DNA of 50,254 bases from Octopus sinensis (lineage: Eukaryota). Below, piece after piece: positions 25,770 through 36,466 of this stretch. Location: contig NW_021835780.1 in assembly GCF_006345805.1 (NCBI RefSeq), positions 1 through 50,254 of the forward strand. The letters run 5' to 3'. The translations under genes and the position numbers were made by a program. The notes under the pieces are model-generated. The model did no database searches, was not told the DNA's origin, and was given only the letters and a program-made list of their open reading frames with translations. How positions within the stretch are numbered: position 1 is the first letter of the stretch; every line of letters begins with the position of its first letter.

Positions 25770-25890
25770 CATTTTACAATTTGGTAGCAGTTCTAATTTA
25801 TTATTTAATATCTTAACTAATCTCTCTTTAGGGCTCCATATGAAGTTAGATAGAGAAGTGAAGCTTTCTTTCTTTTATATTTAAAGGAAT
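25770..25890 (-). pseudogene. Short relic of a Penelope endonuclease C-terminus
   Basis: SFKYK/KESFTSLSNFIWSPKE..LNNKLELLPNCK resembles SF......T.LS.YIW.LK and LLNKR.EL...C. Confidence 0.45.
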
Positions 25891-25960
25891 ATATATAATA
25901 GAAATATTAAAATTACTAAGTCTCTCTAAAGGAGATTACGGCAGTGTTACTGGATATTAA

Positions 25961-26128
25961 TAGTTATCGCCATACTAATATGGTAGTCTATAAATATAGA
26001 CTAAAACTGTCGCTGATTAGCTCCAAGAGGCCATCGCCTCTAGCTAGCTATGCGATGGCCTTTGGAGCTAATCAGCGATAGCTTTAGTCTTATATTTATA
26101 GACTACCATATTAGTATGGCGATAACTA
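25961..26128. repeat. Fold-back with ~77-bp arms abutting (TA)n
   Basis: TAGTTATCGCCATACTAATATGG...GCCATCGC / GCGATGGC...CCATATTAGTATGGCGATAACTA. Confidence 0.9.
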
Positions 26129-26129
26129 G

Positions 26130-26180
<51 letters not shown>

Positions 26181-26254
26181 TATATATATATATATATATA
26201 TATATGTCTGTACATGTGTGCGGTGTTTCAATGTATAACATACACGCTCTGCTG

Positions 26255-27000
26255 TACTAGTTCACTTTCGCTGTTTACAGCAGTGCTCGAAAGGAAGGAG
26301 TGTAGCGCGTAATCGTCGCATTGGCCATGACAGAGAGTTATCATTGCGATACCTGCTCAGAGCCCTAGGCAAAATTGCAGAAAGTGTATGGGCAGGAGTG
26401 TATGAGCCGATCACAAATGTACGAATGGTTCAGCCGTTTCTAAAATAACAGAAAAAATGTCGATATTGACGAAAGTTTGGGGAGAACCGCGACTAGCAGA
26501 ACTTAGGAAAACATTGCAGATGTGCGTGAAGCTGTGAGGGGAATCGTCGAATTAATATCTGTGAGCTATCAGAGGATTGGCAGATTAGTTATGGTTCAGT
26601 TCAGTCCGTTATCACTAACGATTTGGGTATGAGATGCGTGTCTGCCAAGTTTGTGCCAAAACTGCTTTCAGCTGACCAAAATGACACCTCGGATCTCAGT
26701 TGTACAAGATCTCGTTCATAATGTCGAGAGCGATGGAAACTTTTTGAAAACTTTGCGTAGGCCCCTGAGCAGGTATCACCAAGCTTTTGGCAAAATTTGA
26801 TGTAAATTCTATACTCAACTTTCTCTGTTACAGTCAATGCGACGATCGCACGCCACATACCTTCCTTCCAATCACTGCTGTGAACAGAGGAAGTGAGCTA
26901 GAACGTTAAAACTTAGTGCGCATGCCAAGCAGCTTCACTCTGCGTGCTTTACCTTCGTTACTATCACAACAGTCCGGATACTTATCGATCAGTATACGTA
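26255..27000 (+). mobile_element. Mariner derivative: N-terminal transposase fragment plus an inverted second copy of the 5' end
   Basis: Plus strand AKLQKVYGQECMSRSQMYEWFSRF...GRTATSRT.ENIADVR..NRRI.I.ELSED..ISYGSVQSVITNDLGMR.VSAKFVPKLL; minus strand TEKVEYRIYIKFCQKLGDTCS; TIR-like TACG...CTGATCGATAAGTATCCGGACTG at the right end. Confidence 0.85.
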
Positions 27001-27062
27001 TACATGTACGTAAGCATGCAAATATATACAAGCATACATATTTAGTATATATACATGTATCC

Positions 27063-27093
<31 letters not shown>

Positions 27094-27199
27094 ATACACC
27101 GACACTCTCACATACATACATATATATTTTTTCATGTAATTACTTTTATATATAACTTCAATTAAAAACAAACGATATGTTTGTGCATATATAGTATAA

Positions 27200-27602
27200 C
27201 GTATATAAATATATGTTCTTATATATTTACACACATGTACAACCACTCTATATGTATATACATTCACATATACACAGATATATACATACATTCATACATG
27301 CATACATTCATAGATACATGCACGCATACATACATACAAACACACATACATACAAATATACATACATAAATTCATACGTACATACAAGCATACACACATT
27401 CTTACATACATACAAACATACATACATGCAAATATACATACATACATGCATTCATAATACATACCTACATATATTCATACATACATAGAAACATACATAC
27501 ATTCATATATAAATTCTTACATATATACTTTCATAAACAAACATACATGCACACACATACATGCACACACATATTTACATACACACATACATACACACAT
27601 AC

Positions 27603-27633
<31 letters not shown>

Positions 27634-27690
27634 CATACATACATACATACATACATACATACATACATACATACATACATACATACACAC
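27200..27690. repeat. (CATA)n-type microsatellite
   Basis: Direct reading. Confidence 0.95.
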
Positions 27691-28164
27691 ATTCATATCG
27701 TTTTTAATGTTTTCTTTTAAAGATTAAAGATTACTAATTCACCATTTTTATGTCGGTTTTGTTTCTCCCATTTTCACCGTTGATAATTTGTTTTGATATT
27801 TCTGCTTTTATTTTCTTGTTAGTTTTGCTGTATTTTGTTTTTCTTTCGTCTTCATGTTGAACAAATTATATTTTAAAGAACGTGAAATAATCACATGAGA
27901 AATTAGCAGATCTGCGAAATCGAATCATCGATAATTAAAGAAAGTTACAGGCGTCAAATTTTGAAGTCTTAATTCCGGTATATATTTTGAAAAGAAAAAA
28001 AATAATAAAGATAGAATAAGAGAGATGAATTTATTCAATATAGGAACCCCGTCTCGTCTTTTATATATTAATGTTAAGTGCAGGTTATTACTTTAATATT
28101 TATATATGCTTGCGAGTATGCACTTGTAAAAGTGGATGGGGGGGCTCCCAGAAAACCAGAGAAA

Positions 28165-28530
28165 GTCGAAATAAAACGTGTCTGCAACGCTTACGAAGCC
28201 ACATATTTTTCCACTCGTGAGAAATACCCACAATGTTTAAGAAATATGTGAGCCACCTAGATGTGTTTCAGTTGCGTTGCCTCACAGTCTTATTGGACAT
28301 TTTTTGGTCTACATACGTCCCTGGTTCTGAAGTGTTTTAGAAAGATGATACATCTAATGTTTATATATCATCTAATGTACATGCATACATCTAATGTACA
28401 TATATCACCACTTTAAAATAGACTGAACCGCTGATGAAAGAGGTAAAAATATTCTTGACTCACTATAGGAGAACAACTGATTTACTATAAACTATCCAAA
28501 GGTAAAAAACGTACAATACAAGCCTATGAG
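28165..28530 (+). mobile_element. Highly decayed RTE-clade LINE, post-RT region
   Basis: KKYVSHLDVFQLRCLTVLLDIFWSTYVPGSEVF and EQLIYYKLSKGKKRT resemble RTE L..FH.RCLR.IL.I.W...V.N.EVL and KQLLYGEL..GKR. Confidence 0.6.
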
Positions 28531-28884
28531 GCAATCAATCCTCGCTCGAGCACGTGGTTACCTACCAGTACGCATCATTAATAGGCTTAAAATACCCCAA
28601 ATCTGACATTCTCGATGGTTACTCATAGGGTAAATTTTCGTACCCCTCTTATATGTATTAGGTTTTTAACACAGCACGTCCATAAGAGATGTTCTCTAAC
28701 CTCAAGTATCTCAACAAATGACCTATTGATAGTGTTTATATATTAATTATGACACATAGATTGCTATTTAAGTGTAAATATAAGGTATATAAGTGTAAAT
28801 ATATCTACAAAAATATATATATTATATTTACAGACTACATATATGTATGCACGTAAATTATATACACACATATATATACATATT

Positions 28885-28929
<45 letters not shown>

Positions 28930-29117
28930 ATATATAATATATTATTTATATATCTATATATATATATAATAGATATATATATACATTATGTATATGTATT
29001 TATATATGTGTATATATAAGGATATAAATAGGCAGATAAATAGAAACATACTTAGGTAGGTAGGAAGCTAGACAGAAAGATAGATATGGAGAGAGAGAAA
29101 GACAGAGAAAGCCGATC

Positions 29118-29153
<36 letters not shown>

Positions 29154-29372
29154 ATATATATATACATATATATATATACATACACACACACACGTACATA
29201 CACACACACATACACATACACATACACACGTATACGTATATATAATTAATAATTCAAAGAAAACAGAATATACATAGAATAAACAATTTTTAATCATAGT
29301 TCTGTCAGTTAATAAGTTCTTACATTTTTCCGCCTACGTTACGTTTTCCTAATACAGTTCTATAAAACGCAC

Positions 29373-29421
<49 letters not shown>

Positions 29422-29608
29422 CATGCACAACGAATTGCTTGTATGAGTGAAAAGAGGAATGCAAAGTAACTAACTAACTGTGAATGTGATTGTATGAATG
29501 AGAACTTCTGAGAAAAAGATGGTAAAGCAGACATGAGCAGATAAAGTGAGAGGGAAGTAGAAGGAAAGAGGGAGAGAGATGTGAATATAGAGGGAGATGA
29601 GAGAGAGG

Positions 29609-29650
<42 letters not shown>

Positions 29651-29665
29651 AAGAGAGAGAGAGAG

Positions 29666-29705
<40 letters not shown>

Positions 29706-30656
29706 AGAGATATGCAGAAAGGGCAAAGTTCAGTAATATATTTTCAGACGTGAACAGATGAAATATCGATATAAGGGTTGAAACGAACAACCCTTCTCTC
29801 ATCTTGAACCAGATTGAATAAAAACTAACGCGTAAAAAGACTATTAACAATGTGGACTGTATGAAAGGTAATTTATCATATACCCGCTTTCAATGTCAGA
29901 GTTCCACTGGGTATGGTTAGAATTTTATGTTGTGTTTTTAATCCTATACTTGTTTATCTTTTTGTATTTCATTTTGTATTTTCAATTTTTCTTCCAGCAG
30001 ACTTAGTCTCTTCATTATATTTTTGCCATTTATTCCGTGATCAAATCGTCCTCGTCATGGCCACTCATGTGATTTAAATTACTCGATGATGTTATGCTGC
30101 GTTCTGTACTGTTGTCATGGACTGTGATTGTATTAATGTTGTGATCGTTGTTGTTATCTTCATTGTTGTTGTGCTTGTTGCTGTTGTTCTTTAACCCCAG
30201 ATCAGTCTTGATTAAGTACAACTTTGATGACCATCCTCGCCCACACATATTTTATATCGAGGACACGTTATCGAATACGGCCTTCCTTTTGAAGACTGTA
30301 AAAAAAAAATTTCAATATTGTGCAACTTTGATTCAATTTTGACCCAGAGGATTTATAACATAAGGGGTTCTGATCGGGATCATCCCAATTATCTTTCTGG
30401 CATAATGTACCTACGATTGCATTATCCAATGTGCCCTTTCTATTTTCAAGATTGTAGATTCTGTTTTGAGAGAATTTTGACTGCTATTTCTTGCCGGTCA
30501 AACCATGTGTACAGATCCTCATGTTGGCATGTTGTTGTTGCAGCTGCTAATGTCTTTGTTGCTACTGCTATTGTTAATCATTGGTCAGTGAATTTGCCAG
30601 AAAAACTGTATGGAAACAAGACGATGATCTGTGCCTCTAGTATACACACACACACA

Positions 30657-30749
<93 letters not shown>

Positions 30750-30753
30750 ATAT

Positions 30754-31348
30754 AATTAGTCAAAGGGCATATTAAATATGTCTACCTGCTGGAAAAAGCA
30801 GTCAAAACTCTCATTTAAATCGCCAAAATACATTGATAATAACTACAGAAAACAAACGCCCGAAAGCAAACGGGTTAAGGCAATCTCTCAGCACCCATTC
30901 ATGCATTTGAACTCATGTGGGCTGCTTTCTGGACTGGCATTACAGCCTTAACCTCCGCAGCACGCCTTACCATGAGGGAGAGCTGAGGAGGGTGAGGGTG
31001 TAATGCCAGTCCAGAAACCAGTCCACGTGAGTCCAAATAGATGAATGTATGCTGAGTGATTGTCTTAGCCAGTCTGCTTTTGGACAGTTGCTTTCAGTAA
31101 TTATTATCAATGTATTTTGGCGATTTAAATGAGAGTTTTGACTGTTATTTCCAGCAGCTAGATATAATTAGTATGCCCTTTAATTAATTTTAATCCTTCA
31201 GCTATTTAATGCTTTTGGCGGGGCCTGCAATCGCCAATATTATTGATTCTGTTATTATCACTTTTTTAATTGATACACTAGATAATAATAGAGTAAATGA
31301 TATCTTCGCAAATAGTTTCCGTGAATTATTCGCTCCATATTGGAATTA
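30754..31348. mobile_element. Fold-back copy of the hammerhead-bearing element also found at 46114-46570
   Basis: ~205-bp imperfect inverted arms 30754-30960/30983-31190; right arm continues to ~31348; (TA)n and (CA)n flanks. Confidence 0.85.
30978..31029 (+). ncRNA. Decayed type I hammerhead motif
   Basis: CTGAGGA (30983-30989)...GCCAGTCCA-GAAA-CCAG-TC-CACGTG; a more decayed mirror copy lies on the minus strand at ~30914-30966. Confidence 0.55.
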
Positions 31349-31370
31349 CACACACACACACACCACACAC

Positions 31371-31422
<52 letters not shown>

Positions 31423-31442
31423 CATATATATATATATAATAT

Positions 31443-31475
<33 letters not shown>

Positions 31476-32757
31476 GGCGTAGGAGTGGTTGTGTGGTAAG
31501 TAGCTTGCTTACGAACTACATAGAAAGATATGGGTAAACTTCCACTCTTATTACTCTTATCAGTTGTCATCAGTAGATCAATGCTAAATTACTAATCTAC
31601 GGAGAGTAGATTTGGCTGATTGCTTTGAGCATAAGACAGCCATTCCAATACATCATGTCCTGTTATCGCTGTGCTGTTATCTATTATTGTTCTATTAGAA
31701 TTAGCAAGCTGCACTTTGGAGCAACCTCTAAGAAACAGCGCGTCTGAACTCTCCAGCATAGCAAGGTGTGTACAGCTGGTCTCTGCATTGAACCTGCGTA
31801 CCCTAACCCTGAATGGGCAAGATGCGTACCTTAACTCAGAAATCACAAGGTGTGTATCCCGATCCTGAAATAGTAAACTTTGTTCTACCCCTTTTAATCA
31901 ACAAGGGAGATTGATTCGTTTTCTCGCTTCTAGTATTCTTTGATGATAAACTGTTATACTAAGGATACACGTTGCTGATGAAATTCTTAAACTGGATAGC
32001 AACTAGTCGGGATAATCTTCCTTAATCTGTCCTTAAGTATTTAAGGGCAATGTGTTTACATTTGTTTATTACTTGTCTCGGTCATTTGATTTCGGTCATG
32101 CTGGAGCAATGCCTTGAAGAATTTTAGTCATTTTATGTATTTATTTATTTTATTTCTAAGCCTGATACTTATTCTGTCAATCAATTTTGCCGAACCGCTA
32201 ACTTAAGGGAATGTAAAAAACACCAGTATCCATTATCAAGCGGTAGTTACGGACAAACACAGACACACACACATTCACAAGCACACACATATACACGCAT
32301 ACACACACACATATATATACATATATATTGGAAGGGATTCTTTCAGTTTCCGTTCTACCAAATCCACTCACAAGGCTTTTGTCAGCTGAGGTTTTGGTAG
32401 AAGACATGTGCCCAAAGTGCGCGCGCTGAGACTGAACCCGGAAGCATGTGGTTGGGAAGGAAATTTCTGACCATGCAGCTACAGCTATGCCTAGCAAACA
32501 TATATATATATATGCGTAGGAGTGGCTGTGTGGTAAGTAGCTTGCTTACGAATTACATAGAAAGATGTGGTTAAACTTCCACTCTTATTACTCTTATCAG
32601 TTGTCATCAGTAGATCAATGTTAAATTACTAATCTACGGATAGTAGATTTGGCTGAATGCTTTGAGCATAAGACAGCCATTTCAATACATCATGTCCTGT
32701 TATCGCTATGGTGTTATCTATTATTATTCTATTTGAATTAGCAAGCTGCACTTTGGA
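31476..32757 (+). repeat. Pair of ~245-bp direct repeats (31476-31720, 32513-32757), each starting with a truncated SINE B head
   Basis: Identical fusion GCTTGCTTACGAA.TACATAGAAAGAT in both; homology ends at GCTGCACTTTGGA. Confidence 0.9.
32064..32492 (-). mobile_element. SINE family B, older diverged copy
   Basis: Colinear reverse complement of the family head, body and tail. Confidence 0.8.
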
Positions 32758-32805
32758 AAATTTTTTTCCTCTGTCTTCCCTTCTCGGGATCTTTCCTTCT
32801 CCTTT

Positions 32806-32840
32806 GTTTCCGACGAAGAGCTCCGCTCGAAACGTTAAAC
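32806..32840 (+). ncRNA. Minimal type I hammerhead (core CCGACGA) within a ~180-bp element 32760-32938 ending at (TA)n
   Basis: GTTT-CCGACGA-A-GAGC-TCC-GCTC-GAAA-CG-T-T-AAAC; helix I GTTT/AAAC; palindromic ACGT helix III. Confidence 0.75.
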
Positions 32841-33081
32841 CCTCCTTCCCTTCTTTCCTGAGCGTCAAATAATACTTTAATTGTTTCACGTCCTCGCGTT
32901 GCTGTGTTTTTTTTCTGTGTTTTCTTGTTTGGATTAACTATATATATATATATATATGCACAACATTTTCAAATCACTTATCTTTATCTTCAAAAAATAA
33001 TGATAAAGTGGCCAGCGAACATAACTTAATAGGTAATATATATATATATAAGATATATATATATATATTATATATATATAC

Positions 33082-33140
<59 letters not shown>

Positions 33141-33341
33141 TATTATATATATATATACATACATACATATATATTAGTATATATGTATTAGTATTTTTGG
33201 TACATTCTCTGTGCATGTTTACATTTAGCGAGAGATGTATGGCTTTAGAGATTTTTTACTCTCCTTTCTAGAAACAGGTGCGTATTGTATCTTGATTTTT
33301 AATATATATATATATATATATAGATATAGATATATAGATAT

Positions 33342-33505
33342 AGTTGAAATTCATAGGAAAACAAAAGACGAATGTAGGTGTATGAACAACAGCAAGTATA
33401 TTAGTTTGACACTCGGGAAAAATGAAAAAGTCTTTTACATTTCAATCCCACGCTCTTTAACAGAAAGGAATAAGAGAAAATAAACAGAGAGAAAATGAAA
33501 AAAGT
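33342..33505 (-). mobile_element. Related short element with a decayed minimal hammerhead (33432-33467)
   Basis: Minus strand CTTT-CTGTTAA-A-GAGC-GTGG-GATT-GAAA-TG-T-A-AAAG; downstream TTCCCGAGTGTCAAACTAATA resembles TTCCTGAGCGTCAAATAATA at 32856-32875. Confidence 0.6.
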
Positions 33506-33578
33506 CATCTAGATTTCAGCGCTCCAGTATAACGAATACATATATATATATGATATAAACTTATGTACATAATCATTT

Positions 33579-33669
<91 letters not shown>

Positions 33670-33921
33670 CATCAGCAATAACATGAACGCATATCTATCG
33701 TCCTATGTGGAATACCAGGCATGCTTGAAAATACATTTGGCGAGTCTTACATCCTAAGCGACACATAGCCATTAATGAACACATTCAAACAAATCTTATC
33801 TCTGTTAAAAATAAACATTTGGGCAGATATGATAACATGGCAAATTATGGTCAATACCAGATCAACGCAATGGAATATTTGGTAATTTAAAGAGTAGAGA
33901 TTAAGCATTAAAGATATACTC

Positions 33922-34018
<97 letters not shown>

Positions 34019-34231
34019 CACTTATACACACTCAGACGAGGAATAGAGCTTGTAAGAACAAAATATTCGTTGCAAAAGGAAATTAGATGTCAACATTTAA
34101 GTCAACAAAGACTCCAAATGCATATTCGAGAAGACAAAAGGGAAACGGAATCGCTCTGTTGAGAGGAGCGTTATTAGTTTGTCCTCCATTTCCATCACTC
34201 TCCCTCCCTCCTTCCCTCTCTCTCTCCCTCC

Positions 34232-34262
<31 letters not shown>

Positions 34263-34386
34263 ACTCTCTCTCTCTCTCTCTCTCTCTCGCTTTCTCAATC
34301 TCTCTCTCTACATTTGGCTAGTGTTTCCTTATGTTTTCTACATTTTTTGTTTAAAAATATTAGAAATACTAATGTTAAAAAATCAT

Positions 34387-34576
34387 TTACTCTTTTACTT
34401 GTTTCAGTCATTTTTGACTGCGGCCATGCTGGAGCACCGCCTTTAATCGAGCAAATCGACCCCAGAGCTTATTCTTTGCAAGCCTAGTACTTATTTTATC
34501 GGGCTCTTTTGCCGAACTGCTAAGTTACAGGGACGTAAACACAACAGCATCGATTGCCAAGCGATGTTGGGTGACA
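34387..34576 (-). mobile_element. SINE family B, 3' half
   Basis: Reverse complement of the family tail. Confidence 0.85.
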
Positions 34577-34583
34577 TATATAT

Positions 34584-34617
<34 letters not shown>

Positions 34618-36020
34618 ATATATAGGGGTGGGAGATTTCACAAAAAAACAAAGCTGCTCCGTTTTGCTTCTGGTTAAACTACAAAGTAAGCAAACAGCAG
34701 TAAGTAGCGGGTGCACTTTAAAATCGTGGATGGTTTCTGTATTTTGTACTTTATTCCTCTTATGGATAAATAACTTGAGAGGCTTCGCTATGATACTTGT
34801 CAATATGATGTGCTCTAAATGAGAAGCAACTTTATTATTATTGCTCCAAGAGTCTGAAAGATTGCCTGCTCTATCAAAATCATTTTCCATTTCTTTTCAT
34901 AAGCAGTAAATACAGATAAAACTGTGTTGTTTTACAGATTGGAGCAGTGATAATACAGTATTGTGACTATAGTCACAAATGTCACCTGACTAGTCACGTT
35001 CACTAACACGTTCCACAGACGTGCAGTCTCCTCTCACTGATTTTTATCACTACCTCTACAGTGACCTTTTTTTCTTCTTCTTTGCAGAGCTGGCTGCTCT
35101 CCTTTCAGATCATCCTGGTTCAGTCGCCTCTTCTCTTCTCGAAGCTCATATTGTATCCATTCGAATTCACCCCACCCCACCCCTGCTAACCCCTACCCTC
35201 AATCTTTAATTATCTGAACGCTAGCCTATTAAGAATTCAAAGAAAACCCACGTTTGTCTTTCAAGCATCAATTTGCAAGTATTCACGAGGAATACTCACC
35301 ACACCAATCTCACAGGCTTCATAGAAGTTGCAGTGTCCATTGATAAAACCTTGTCCTCCAAATCAAGCCAATGTTCTTATTCGTGATGCGAACCATCGAC
35401 CCCTTACACCAGCAGTCCAGTCTGACAACCAATCAACTCACCCATCTGCGACGTTTAAAACCATGATAATCAAAATGATTATCGTATCATAAGATATCTG
35501 ATGTGTAAGCTGACGCAACAGGCAATATTTCGTTCTTTGTTGTTATTAATGTTACAGCCATTGATGGTAATGTACCTGCTGCCGTTGTTGTAGAGAGTCT
35601 TGTTGTTTATGTTTTTGTTTTGAATTTGACAATATTGAACCAAAATATCAGTAGTTCGTTGGGTTTAGTCAGTCATTATTAATTGAAACGAAAAAAAAAA
35701 ATAGCATAGAGCAATACCATATTTATCGATTATCGATTATCAATGGTAGAGTGGGAGAAATGAATGCAATTTTTTTAAGTTCTATCAGTGCGACTGCATC
35801 ACAAATAGAGATAATAACAGAACTTATAGAATTGTAGAACCAAACTTTTCCAAAAGAGTTAAAATCTGTTTGGTATGGACGTATGAGTGTTTATGTGTAT
35901 ATGATTATGAATACATGTGCGTGTGTGTCTGCTTATATATGTATGTAGATATGTAGATATATATGTATGTATGACTACACATATACATATACATGGAAAT
36001 GAATTATGTATTTTTGTATA

Positions 36021-36059
<39 letters not shown>

Positions 36060-36466
36060 TTATATATGTATGTATATATATATAAATATTATACCGATAT
36101 TTATAAATGTATATGTATATGCCTTATTTCAAACAAACGCTGCCAACACTGCGGAATTTTATTGCCAATTACAACGTATTCTAAATTTTTTAAATGATTT
36201 ATGTTTTTCATGCTTCCAGAATCGATAAAATATGTACCAGCCATGTACTGGAGTTATTTTAATCGATAACTTCTCTGAAGGTTTGTGGTACTCTGTCTTT
36301 CTTAGAAAACCTTTCAACGTCGAAACAGCTGGAACTGTTCACATGCAGTATACGTTGTTGTTTTCTTTTTAAAGATATTAAGATTGAGAATTAGTTAGCT
36401 GATATATTTAGCAGGTCTACAACGATGTAAAGATTCTATTACTATGTTCGTAAATAGGACTCTTAA

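Noticed and set aside
28425-28460. CTGATGA motif
   Set aside because: Lies in an RTE coding relic and lacks supporting helices
35060-35209. Strong acceptor-like TTCTTCTTCTTTGCAG followed by a short ORF (similar site near 30000)
   Set aside because: No donor or recognisable peptide; such tracts are common in this composition
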